Shown here: in pieces, positions 27,331 to 39,639 of the stretch
Layout: every line of letters begins with the position of its first letter
Numbering within the stretch: position 1 is the first letter of the stretch
NCBI GenBank assembly: GCA_030141605.1
Contig: JAQGDQ010000016.1
Coordinates: 1,332,388-1,396,387, forward strand
Direction: 5' to 3'
Origin: Tubiluchus corallicola
Taxonomy: Eukaryota; Animalia; Priapulida
Length of the DNA: 64,000 nt
Position numbers and translations under genes: made by a program
Notes under the pieces: generated by a model
What the model was told of the DNA's origin: nothing
Seen by the model: the letters and a program-made list of their open reading frames with translations, nothing else
Database searches by the model: none

Positions 27331-28971
27331 CATCTTTTATTTTAGAATTCTGACTGCCTAGTGGGTCACTGATTCAAACCCAGGCTCAGTGTAGTCAAGT
27401 TTGATACCAAAATTCAGCAGTTGAGGTTTTATATAAACACATTTTATTTTTCATGACCTTTAGTATTAAAAAAAATCTGATTGATAAACATTAGTAAGGA
27501 ATTGTGCAGTTACTGTGTTTAGGTAAATACGAGGGTCAAGCACATATAAGCACATATTTAAAACAGTTTAAACAAGTGTCAGAAATAATGCTTGGGCCTT
27601 TATTTGCTTTAATTGTCTTCGAACATTGAGAAACGTCCAGCTGAGATTTAGTAGCGCTTAAACTGTACAGACCGTGAAAAGAACCTACCGATCATTAAAC
27701 TAGATCAGTGTCGTAATAAACTTGAATAATTTCCATTGTCAAATCTGTGGTGAAATTACAATCAAGGTGAATAAGGTAAATAACAAGTATGATTGATCTG
27801 CTCTCATCTGACCTACTAATTCGCGTTAATTAAGCGGTTCTTTAACATAATTGTGCTACGTTATTAAATATGAGAGTCGTAATTAGGTTTAACGATAGGC
27901 TATTTGATTAATTCCGCCTTAGGAATGAGTAAGTACTATAATATAATGTTCACACATTTACATTCAGATATCCACATTTTAACAGCGACAGTGCATCAAC
28001 AACAATCTAGTGATACAAATGTTAAACTAAAACATTACTGAAAGTTTACGATTTTGTAGTTTTTATAAGTTTCTGTGCTATATATGCCCCCATCCCTCCC
28101 ACTCCTAGCATTCATCAGACATTTCAACAGATAGTACATATACTTCATATACATCTTCGTCATTGATTGGGATTGTAACACTTCATTAATAAATATTTAT
28201 GCTGGTTTTTCAAAATGTTTATTTGTAACATAGTATTTGTTCTTCATTTTTGTATAGTCATTGACATAAAACAGTGCAATAGCTTGTGCATATGAGCTAG
28301 TAGTGTAATCAGTGTCTGCCAAATTGAAGCCTGACTCAGACCTGAATAATAAAAGACTGTCGAAAGGTGTTTAGGACGATTGCCTTATACAGAGGGAGAG
28401 GAAAGGGATTACAAAGTAGAGTACACAGATGTCCTGTTCTCATAAAGATCTGAATAATTAGTATGTAGAGTAACATTCGTTTCTGGCTATTGAAGTTTGC
28501 CTTTACAAATACGCTGTATCAGTTTGCTACACGACACAGATTACATGCTCACCCCAATGCTCAACTCAAACCAGCAGTATGCTAAGAATCCAGAAGTACA
28601 TGCCGCATACACGCCGTACATACATAACATACGTTCATAGATAGAATACATGTGCACATAGCTCCACAATTGATTACCTGCATATGTTATCACAAGTGGT
28701 ATTTCCAGCGATTTAATTTGCTCATCATTATTTTTTGTCTGTTTATCATTACCATGCCCACTAGAACATAAATATAATTTACATTTTTAAGTATGTCAAC
28801 TTTAGAAATGTCGTGATCCACATAACAGCACCTCTTTGAACTTTTGGAAGTTTAAAATTAGAACATTGCACTGAGTGCAGTCAGAGTGCAAAAATCAGGC
28901 TTAAGGCGTCTGAAATCATTAGGTGAAGTGTTAAATGTTTTAAGTTTTTTGGTAGATGTTTACGATCTAAC

Positions 28972-29326
28972 TGTTGTGGAGATCGCTGACGTCAAGTAGA
29001 ATTGCACAGAACGTCGTAGAATGTTCTGTCGGGATGACCGCTTTAGCGTCTGGATTGTTCTCGAACATTTGTTCCAGAAGTTTCTGCAGTGCGCTATATA
29101 AGGCGAAGCAGGCTGCCGACAGGGGATCGCACGCAGATCTAACACGGACTTATACTTACGCATTTATACTTACTTAAACGTTTTCCAGATTTTCACGTTT
29201 ATTGTAATCATTTCAACGTTCCTTCATCTTTTGTATAGTAGAATTCTCGCTAAATAAAGCAGTTTTATTTGACGGCGTGTTTTCTGGTTTTCTCTACGAG
29301 CCTTTCGAGAGAAACTAAACACAACA
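28972..29326 (+). mobile_element. Solo LTR (355 bp; 5-bp TSD, BEL/Pao- or Copia-like)
   Basis: CTAAC|TGTTGTG...CACAACA|CTAAC; TATATAA at ~29095, AATAAA at ~29252; empty site with a single CTAAC in units 2 and 3 (~45120, ~59507). Confidence 0.92.
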
Positions 29327-29421
29327 CTAACTTGTATATTAAGTAATACGATACAGACAACATACTAGATTAAAAATTTCTAGCTTCATATTTGCATTTT
29401 GTTTCTACTCAACAGACCAAG

Positions 29422-32400
29422 ATGACAAGTTTAAATAAGGGATGCACGTTGCCTTTATATGTGGTGGATGCTTTCACAAGCCAGGCATTTGCTGGAAATG
29501 CTACTGTTGTATGTCTAGTGTCACACAATCAGGTAAATTAATGATCTGTCATTAACAAACTTTTCGTCTTAATCTGTTGTCAGCTATTTTTATTGCACTG
29601 TTCTTCACTGCAAATAACTTGTGATCCTATAGCACAAAATCAAAGTCAATGTATGTGGCTTAATCGCACTCTTATTTATGTAAAGATACGAGTTTTTAAC
29701 TACTAACTGATAATGTTTCTTGTTATTTATTTATGCGATTAACTCAATTAATCTACTGTGTTACAATAAATAAATCATTATATTATAATATTTAAATCAC
29801 AGGCTTGCATAATAAAAATCACTGGTTTCCTTTTAGAAATATTGAAACAAATTTAACAAGTTAGATGAAAATAAAAGTGTCCATTTGGTCACAGCTGAAA
29901 TCAATTTGTAATCAATTAAACTTATAACATCAGTCATAATAATGTCAGGATAATGGTGACTGTGCCTTTCAGTTATGTTTGTATTTGGATCTATTATAAC
30001 AGTAGGTGTTTTTCATAAAGCGTTAGTATAATTTTAAGTGAGAATTACAATGAGTATCAATGCAGAAAATGCATTTTGTTGTTGTTGTTGTTTCCGTCTC
30101 TACTGAGGCTTTGTAGTTTCTTTTTGCAATTAGAATAGATATTCTGTGTATTATTTGAACTGTACAAAACAGCAGATATGTTATATGTTCAAAATGTATC
30201 CCAAACTGCCCAAAAGCTGTGTTGTTTTTATTAGTTGAATTGTGGTGTAATCTGCATTTCTTGGGTTATATTATTAAATGGCTGTAGACATTGTGATGTA
30301 TATAGTCCTTCGGTTATTCTATTTTAGGTAATCGACGATGCAAAAATGCAAAAAATTGCTTTCGAAATGAACTTGCCGATAACCGGTTTCATTGCACTGC
30401 CAACAGAAAACGATTCGTTCAAGAATTCTTCCCGTTTTGGTCTACGATGGTTTACCCCTGCCTGCGAATTCCAACTGTGCGGTCATTCCACTCTTGCTGC
30501 TGCCACGGTGCTTTTCTCTTGTGTTGGTAAATTTGCTAAGCAGGACAGAAATGTAAATCTAGAAGCTGAAGCTGAGTCAGTTGCTACTAAATCAGCTGAG
30601 TCACACAGTAAATCAGCTAGCTCGGCTGAAACTGAGTCAGTTGCTACTAAATCAGCTGACACTCACAGTAAATCAGCTAACTCGGCTGAAACTGAGTCAG
30701 TTGCTACTAAATCATCTGACACTCACATAGTAAATCAGCTAGCTCGGCTGAAGTAATTTTAATGTTGTAATTGTAATTTTAAACAAACAAGCATACAAAA
30801 ACATACGTAAACTTGATAAAATCCTAAACAAAAAAATCTTTGCTTACGAATAGCCTAAATTGCTGCAGTTCAAGAATATGCCGGTACATGGTTTTTAAGA
30901 ACGTGACAACTGACAACTGTGTGAGTGACAGTACTTTCTCTACCTTACTGCAGATGCTAGCAGTGCAGCACCATCATGTGCTCTGGTTCCGTACAAGTAT
31001 AAAGAAAGAACTAAAGAAAAAAGACTTATTGTATTGAATATTATCGATAATATTGAGTGAAAATAGGGGGCGCTGCAGTTCTGATACTTATACACAACCG
31101 CCACTGTGCTGCATAAACACTAGGCCAAGTTGACCAAAACCTAAATTTTCCTAAGTGAACTTGGTTCAGGAATTGACACTTATGATTACTCCTTCAGTGG
31201 CTTACTTACTGGAGTTCACCATTACGAATGACAGATTGTGATTCTTATGTCCTGCAGCAACAATTTAGTGTTAGTTTGAATAGTTCTATTTGTGAACTGG
31301 TTTAAGTGATTCGACAGCACGCCCCTTTATATGCCATATATCTCTCATAATTTATGTACTCGCGATGTTAAAAAAATCTCCTGGCTTATAATCTGGCAAC
31401 TCTAGCAATGGATTTATTGAAAATATAATTTAAATCCAACCCTTGGCAAGGCTTATCTGGATTACCAACAAATCAATACTAAACACCAAAATGATCCCAT
31501 ACCTGTGGCTAATGTTGCCTATTTGTGCATTTTATTTAATTTTGAATTGACTGCTTTCTCATTCAAAAATTTCTGAAGTTTAGTATCTCTGCCAGCACAC
31601 GTACAATATGACCGCATTGCAACCAGTGATTTCATCATCATCATAAGCCTGTTACATTATTTCTAGACATTGGGCAGGCAAAATTCTAAAATAATAGAAA
31701 TCTGTCCTCAAAACAGGTAAACACAGCAGTAATCTAACAAAAACTGGACACTGCTATGCCAGTGACTTTTTCGCAAGAGCAAAAATCATCACAGCCGGCA
31801 AAAATGTCAGCTACCTCGACTTCCGTCACCGAGCGGCTGGCACGACTAAAGCTGGGTTTCTTATCGGCTAGGTCGACTGTAGAAATAAACCGGCTGGAGC
31901 TGAGCTGAAGCGGTACGGCTCTGGCTTCTATGGCGATCCCATAAGTATTTTTCACGTTGTCTTGAAAATCAGGGAGTTTTTATTTGCCAACCTAATACCA
32001 AACGAATTCACTGTGAATTTATTTGTGTGCTAATGTGTTTACTTCAAATAAGCTTCCATGCAGTTTTGCTTTTTTTTCTTCTATTGCTTGGAGATTGTGT
32101 GCCTTTTTTTGCATTTTAGGACTTAAAGCATTCCGCTGTTTTCAGTTCTCATCATATTTGGCATTTTCTTAGGAGACTGTCAGCTTTCCCTTCTTTTTAT
32201 CTGCACTTTAAAAAATTGGAAAAGAAAAATAGTGCCTGTTAACCATATTCTAAACCATATTCTATTCAAATAATGAAATTACAATTAGGCATTGCAATAT
32301 TTGATTGTATTGCTAATCCACTAATGCTACGATTAGGCTCTAAATATTTGTGAAATTGATAATCATTATGATAGGCAGGTCTGAAATTAAAAGGCAGCTA

Positions 32401-35400
32401 GTGAATATATCTACAGCTATGTAAATTATTACAGGTAACGAATTTACAGAGATTACATTTGATACGCTGAGTGGACCACTTGTTGCCAGAAAAAAAGAGG
32501 ACAATATGATTCTGCTTGATTTTCCTGCTAATCCAACTATTAGTGTTAACAAGGAAAATGTGAAAGAGCTTTTAAAGGTACCTACTCTTTTGAATGAGCT
32601 GTAAAACAAGTTTGCTTGGGTTTTTGTTGTAAGTAATTTTATCATTGAAGCTTTTAGCAGGTAGGTGGTTGACAGTTTGGAAGACATTCTGACACCTTGG
32701 TATATTTATGTATTTTAGGAAATTTCCAGGCTTACTCGTTTTAACTGTGTGTGCTGGCCATGTTTTTCAAATGTATCATATGGGCTGTTTTTTTGGTCAA
32801 TAGCTAAATTGCAGCTTTGCACAGACTTTTTTGAAGGCATATTACTTAGTATTATCTTACTTGTATTACTTAGTATTACGCTTTCTTGCCTGCAATACTC
32901 ATGTAAATAGAAAAGACACATTTTCTAGCTTTATGTAAGTAAAGGGCTTTCTTGCCTGCAATACTCATGTAAATAGAAAAGACACATTTTCTAGCTTTAT
33001 GTAAGTAAAGGGCTTTCTTGCCTGCAATACTCATGTAAATAGAAAAGACACATTTTCTAGCTTTATGTAAGTAAAGGGCTTTCTTGCCTGCAATACTCTT
33101 GTAAATAGAAAAGACACATTTTCTAGCTTTATGTAAGTAAAGGGCTTTCTTGCCTGCAATACTCATGTAAATAGAAAAGACACATTTTCTAGCTTTATGT
33201 AAGTAAAGGGCTTTCTTGCCTTTTATGACAATTTTTTGGTGTTTTAATTAACCCTATTCAGTTTTTGAATTTACCTGAAGAGGGGGACAGCATGAGAGGA
33301 GCATGGAAATTATTCAAAGGTGGGACGGGGTGGGGTGGTTACAGTAATGGTGGCAGTGAAGCGCTTGCTGTTACTTTATTGTTTCTTTTTACTGGCTGTT
33401 ACACACCCGTGCATGCATGCACACGCACGCACACACCCACACACACACACTGTTACATAATATAGTAAAGTATATCATATCACTCTTTTCGGTGATTCTA
33501 GATTGCATAGCACTCCTACAATAGGACTAGTTGAAGTTTAGCAAACAACTATCACAATTACTAACCTGACATTCTGTGCATTAAATTTAGAAATCCACAG
33601 ATTAAAGATACGAGACAATGCCGCTATGATAAAACTAAGGGTGCATTCAGACTAGCGAGTTTTCTGTTGGGAGTTTTTCTCTAACACCAAACTTGCAAGT
33701 GTGAACTGCTTTGCGAGTTACTATCGACAAGTCATTGCACACTTTCAGACAGTTGCTACGAAATGATTTCCTGTTTAGTGTGAACAGTCTCAGCGAGTTA
33801 CTCTTGACACTGCTCCCAGTGAATAGAGGAGGAGTATCAGCTGGTGTTTACTTCATGCTGGAGAATTTTGTTCTTTAGTCTGAACGTGCTTGCGAGTTAC
33901 TTGGCGAGAAAATTTGCTAGTATGAATGCTTCATTACTCTCAAAAGCAGTGCGACAAAATATCAACATTCTTGCAACAGTCAAGTCATCTAAATTCTTCT
34001 TTGTAAAAAGTATTTTGGTCCAAACTTTAATACACTGTAGAATCTTACGTGAATGTTTTTTATAATACAGGTACTTGTTGGAGATTTACCTATTGTTGAT
34101 GTGGAGTATGCTCCTGTTATACAACAAATGATTGTGTGTCTTCAAGATTCTGTGTCCAGGTGTGCATGTTGATAATTTTTTATTTGGTTTGTCGTGTGTC
34201 ATTCGTTTTGCACTTTTCATTTGCTTTCATGTTATTATACATACTATAAAATTGCTGCAAATTGCACAAATCTGCAATTAATCTCTATTTCTATGAAGTG
34301 TGTTTGTGTATGTTTGTTTATTTGTTTGCTATAAAGTCCTGTTTTATTTATTTAACTTAAAATTTGGTCTATTAAGTTGCTAATACATCACACTCCCCAT
34401 TGAATTATGGGATATGTACAGTTATGTGCAGAAATCAATTAACAAAAGCTGAAGTCAGTCTACTTTTTAACTTTTGGCAGGAGTTCTACTTACATGAAAA
34501 AGAATTTAAAATACACTATGTTTCAGTCCATTGTTGGGTTCATTCTCTCATTGTCTCATTTTTCATTCATTAGTCATTGATGTTATTATTGTTGTAAGTA
34601 TAAGGCTTCATGTGTGTGTGTGTGTTTTACCTTCAGGCAAGGACTACTATACAACAGGACGTGCACAGTCAGATCTCTGATTCCGCCAGCGGAGGCGATC
34701 AATACTTGTAATGAACGTAATCTAGAAATAGTGCGCTTTAGAGAGTAGTGATCTTGGAAATTAAAGAATGGACGGATCGGTAGATAGCGAGTATTATTTT
34801 TCATTTAATTGGTTCTTTACATTACGGGAGAAAAGTTCCAATTGTTTATTTTATGTATCAAAGGAAATTAGTGTTCATTTTTACTTCTTAAATAGCGCAC
34901 TACTTTAGGCGTAAGTGTGTTTTACCGGAAGTAGTGCTTTGTCATTGTTAATGTGTCATTGTTCAAAGTCAAGTGAAGCGTTGTTTTCGTGCTTGTGTTT
35001 GTTTCTTTTGGGATTATTTTCAAAATTTCTCGTGGATTTTATACATCTGTGCTCAGCAGCATGCCTAACAAGGTAACTATGACACGGAGAACAAGTGTCG
35101 TGTGTTCAGACTGCCAAGAGATCATGTAGAAAAACAGAAATGGCTAAGTGTTCTTCCCCCACGCGAAGGCTTTGTTGTTGATCCATCGAAATTTTTCATT
35201 TGCGAAAAGCATTGGCCATCGGATACTCAAATAGTCAAAATTCCAGGTGGTCACACCAGCCAGTGGATCCACCCAGTATTTTCAACGTTCCAACATCATG
35301 CTTGCCCACTCCAAAGCCACCACCTCGCCCTCCAAAAACTGAGGACCAGCAGCTGAATTATTTCTTTAAAAAGGATAAAATAACTTATCTCAATGAATTC

Positions 35401-38400
35401 ACTCCTGAGAAAGACCTGCATAAGACGTATCAGAACCTCATTATATCTCGCGCACAAGACAAATTTGTGTGCATGTTCATGGAAGAGGACCACAGTCAAT
35501 GTTATATGTCAATTATTGTTCACAATAAGCCTACCTTGTGTTCCCCTCTTACTCTGTATGCTTTCAAAAACGGGATCAGTGTGCCATTAATTAAAATCCT
35601 CAGTCCGAACAATGGACTGTCCTCTTACTCACAATTTTTCGCGGTTGTGAATTCTGTTGTCAACCACATTCATCATGTTGATGATATTGTCAACAAAGTG
35701 ACAAAGTCTCTTGAACTTGAACTAGCTCAAAATCGAGAACAATCTCCTAGTGTTAATGCTAAAGCCAAGAAGCTCAAATTTCTAACACGACAGCTTCGAC
35801 TATTATGTGATAAGACTTTCACAGTGTCTGATTATTGCTTTGCAATAGAGTCATTTCCCCATTGCAATTACGAACAACTGCGTGACTTTTTAGTGTTACC
35901 CAGCAAAAGAAAGCTGCAGTCAGTTATTTCATCGACAGATATTGACAAGGTGCTAGGTAAAACATTTCAGAAAGTAAAAAGCTCTGAGCAGAAACACTGT
36001 ATGCTATTGGTGGATGAAGTGAAAATATGCCCAACAGTGGCTTAAGGTCCCATGTTGCTTAATTTTGCAGCTAAGGACACTGTGAGCAACAAGCTAATCC
36101 TGTCATTCGTGATAAAACAATAAAGAGACATTTATTTTCAGGGAGATCTTGGAAGCAAGGGCACCGGATATTTTTGCTCTTCCTGCAGCTAACACATCCC
36201 TGATGAAACTGTACGGTGTCCACTTGACGGTTAAAGCTCCAGCCAACTCCGGCTATGACTTTTATTCCCGCAGTTTTTTTCCCTGGATTGGAACGTCTGA
36301 AGATCCAGTTTGTGGTAAACAATTTGCATTGTTTATGTAAGAATGAATGAATATACTATTGATATATATGAATTAATTATAATTATCTTTGCTTTAAAGT
36401 AAAGCTAAACAAAAGAAATTATGTTTATTATTCTTGATGTGCACCATTTTGCTGCGTCTGTGTTTGCCAGTAAGTGGCGTACTCTACTGGCGTTGTTTTG
36501 TAACTTTTCTTTCTCTTTTGAAATGCAGCACAACTAGGGTTGTGGTTTATACAGTAAAATAATTAATATTGGAACATACGATAATTTGAGGCTTCATGCC
36601 ATACAAAAGAGGTAGCTATACGAAGATTGTTAATTAGTTAGTTAGCTATATAAGCTAGTCAGTTAGTCAATCAGTTAGTTTTGGCAAGTTTTCAGTATGG
36701 CATGTTGGGTTGGACAGCTGGGTGTTCTTGGCACTCTTGGCGGCTTTACATTCTTGGAGGCTTGGCGATGGGGTGGAAGACAGAGGCAAGATTTGGAGTG
36801 GAAAACAGGTAGAGTGTCGGCAGTGGGACTGATGTAGGAAGATAGTAGGGTGTGAAGAGAACCACCTAAACTGCAAGAGTGCCCAAATCAATACCAAAAC
36901 ACTAAAATGATCCCATGCGTGTGTCTAACATTGCCTATTTTTGTGTTTAATTTTGAATTGACTGCTTTCTCATTAAAAAATTTTTCAAAGATAGTATCTC
37001 TGCCAGCACACGCACACAGTATGACCACGAATCCGTAGTGCATTCGCCAAATTTCACCCAGTGATTTCGTCATCATCACAAGCCTGTTATGTCAATTGTA
37101 GACATTGGGTAGGCAGAACTCTAAAATAAAAGAAATCTGCCCTCAAGACAGGTAAACACAGCAGTAACCTAGCAAAAAACTAGACACTGCTTTGGCAGTG
37201 GCTTGTTCGCAAGAGCTAAAATCTTCGCAGCCGGCAAAAATGTCGGCTGGCTCCACTCATCTCTGAGTGGCTGGTGCGACTAAAGCTGGGTTTCTTATCG
37301 GCTAGGTCGACTGTAGAAGTGAATTGCCTGGAGTTCAGCTGAAACGACATGGCTCATGCCTCTAGTTTTAAGATGAAGATTAGTTTTAGTTTTGTTCTGT
37401 GTTAGTCTTGCATTTTCTGTCTTAAGTCTGACTGAAAATCACTATGTCACTGAAGGAGTTGCCAGTTTTATGGTTTTTCTGTTGAGGTGGTTTCTAACTT
37501 TGCAGTTTTTATGAGAATAATGAAATTTTGGCCACAAAATATTCTATCCAGTACAGAAGGACTTATGTGGTAATAGTTCCAGTGAATAAAGTATACATTG
37601 TAGGCCTGATTTTCAAAAACATGAAATGTTTTTTTTTCAAAAACATGAAAAGCCTATCTTAATTCATTATATTTGCATGTTTAAAGTTTGCAATGTTTGA
37701 TGCCAGTAATCTCCAACTAATTTCTGACTATGTTAGGGTCGGCTCACACTATATTTGGTTGTTACTGGCAAAAAGTGCTGGGAAAATCAACTTTTCAAGG
37801 TAGGATAATTTGCTGTTTTATGACGTTTGTTATAATTTAACTTATGATGCTTATTCGTTTATGATCTGATTTTGTATGTTTTTCAGTATGTCAGTAGATC
37901 TCAATTTAAATTCTGTGCAAGATTATTACCATGCTGACAAAGAGCGACATAGGTTTGATTTACTTAATGTCGTACAGCACACTGTAATTTAATGTGTGTA
38001 AAGTCCTCGAAAGGTTAAAAAATGAAAATTTCCAGCCATTGTAAATAACTGCGTCTTAGTTTACATAATTTTTCACAAAAAATTACAGAATGCTATAAAA
38101 TATAATTGTTATTTTGAACAATATATATTTTTAGTGGCCAGTCACAAAGTATAATTACTGCCCTGCAATACCATATCACATAGACTTGTGCAGCATATGT
38201 TACCGGAACAGTATCTTGCTTAACCCTTTTACCGCCTCCATGATGTACTATTATGTCTATTTTTTGTATTGGCTTATGCCTATTTGATGTACATATTTAT
38301 CATTAGTATCTAGCGCTCCATTTAAACTCTGGCGAAGTGTATTATCGCTTAGTTTAGTACGTTTAGACAGCTAGCAGGGCCCAGCACAGCTCCAGGAATA

Positions 38401-39391
38401 TGTGTAAACTGAGTTTGACCTTATTTCCTTGGCTACATAGCACATCTGCTACGTACATATATGTCTTCGACTGTGAATTCTGCATCATTTGAAATTTGCT
38501 GTTTTTGCACATTTTTATTATTATTAATAATAATCTTTTGTTCGTATAAAATTTTTTATACAGCAATGTAGTTTTAGTATAAATAATTAATACAATGAAA
38601 AATAATTTTTGTTAGTAATTAAAAAACAAGAGATTTAGAGATTTTAAGACAATTTTCAGCAAAAAGCTTAAAGATTTGATAGTTTTGGAGGTTTTAATGC
38701 ATATGCACACTCTCCCACTTATTTTAGAGATGATGGACCTATATATATATATATATATATATATATGTTCTAAACATTCTTGATAGATATATAAAAATGA
38801 TCTGTAAAGGGATTATTATTCTTGTACACAATTCTACGTGATTTTAAGGCTTTTGGTTTTTGCATGTATTTTACTTTTGATAAATGTATACCAAAACAAA
38901 TATATTTTTAATTGTGACTTGCACAAGTTGATTTTCGGGCTGAATTTAGGGGCTGAAGCTGTTTTACTTGCATGACACTATAATTTTGCTTTGGAGGTTC
39001 ATTTATTGATCTAAATTCAGTTTCATGTGCAGTTTCATATCACCATATTGCCTCATTTGCAAATAAATATAAAACTTAAACAAGTAAGTAAATATATAGG
39101 CCTAACAAATTTTCGTGAATGAATGTAATGATTGATTGATTGAATGAATGAATGAATAGGTGGGTGCATGATTGATTTTTATTTGGCTTGTTGAAATCAT
39201 ATCTTTTTTTCTTATGAACAATATCAAAATAAAGTTGCAAAGTTGTTATTTTGTCATGTGCTTTGTGCGTTTTTGTAGCTCGTCAGTGCTCAAAAAGAGG
39301 AGGAGATGTCTACGTGAATGTACGAGAAGACAAGAGAGTCGAGATTGGAGGCAAGTCTGTAGTCGTTATAGAAGGAAAGATCTATTTATAG
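29422..39391 (+). CDS. PBLD: PhzF/PBLD-family isomerase-like protein, copy 1 (296 aa). Exons: 29422-29532, 30328-30526, 32435-32577, 34071-34159, 36142-36314, 37737-37799, 39279-39391
   Basis: Seven AG/GT-bounded exons total 891 nt in open frame; motifs VVDAFT..AF.GN, LRWFTP..E..LCGH.TLA, FDTLSG.L, LDFP, DFYSR.F.PW.G..EDPVCGSAH, QCS.RGG. NLSET is changed to NLPIT. Confidence 0.93.
30565..30752. repeat. ~60-bp tandem repeat x3 in PBLD copy 1 intron 2
   Basis: GCTGAA.CTGAGTCAGTTGCTACTAAATCAGCTGA... repeated three times; single unit in copies 2 and 3. Confidence 0.9.
31474..31930. repeat. Interspersed ~450-bp repeat present twice per PBLD unit (introns 2 and 5)
   Basis: CAATAC.AAA.AC.AAAATGATCC...CGACTAAAGCTGGGTTTCTTATCGGCTAGGTCGACTGTAGAA...GGCTCTGGC.TCTA recurs at ~36888-37363, 46695-47155, 51842-52318 and 61082-61540; probably a transposon end. 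Confidence 0.75.
32880..33220. repeat. 66-bp minisatellite x5 in PBLD copy 1 intron 3
   Basis: GCTTTCTTGCCTGCAATACTCATGTAAATAG...GTAAGTAAAGG repeated nearly perfectly; one unit only at ~48106 and ~62493. Confidence 0.97.
33639..33933. mobile_element. PIF/Harbinger-like MITE (also at 48610-48904 and 62999-63293)
   Basis: TAA|GGGTGCATTCAGACTAGCGAGTTTTCT ... AGAAAATTTGCTAGTATGAATGCTTCA|TTA imperfect TIRs with TWA flanks and internal GT.TGAAC...GCGAGTTA subrepeats. Confidence 0.75.
34638..36045 (+). mobile_element. P-element/THAP9-family DNA transposon, 5' half, frameshifted and truncated
   Basis: Begins CAAGGACTACTATAC exactly where homology to copy 2 stops. THAP remnant (GNYD...VFRLP...W...ICEKHW...PPSIF) is followed, after a frameshift, by YEQLRDFLVLPSKRKLQ and LLVDEVKI (first catalytic Asp region). 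Confidence 0.85.
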
Positions 39392-39639
39392 TCTAAATCA
39401 TGGAATCGTACTTTATCTGATTGCTTTATCACAGTGTTGCCATTCTGGTTGATAAAGATTATTGTTTTGGAAGCTAAAAATTATAGTATTTTCCACCATA
39501 TTATCGCATCTTCATGCAAAATTCAAAATTTCTGTGTATTTGCAGCAAATTGTTATTATTATTGTATAATTATGCATTTAATAAGTAACCATAACACCAA
39601 AAAGTACTGTAGAAAACTGGCTATTTGTTTTACAGATTT

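Noticed and set aside
30527-30756. S/A/E/T-rich C-terminal extension of ORF 30346..30756
   Set aside because: Read-through past the exon 2 donor into the intronic 60-bp repeat.
32876-33220. CRISPR-like array or repeat protein
   Set aside because: Contiguous 66-bp units without spacers, in a eukaryotic intron.
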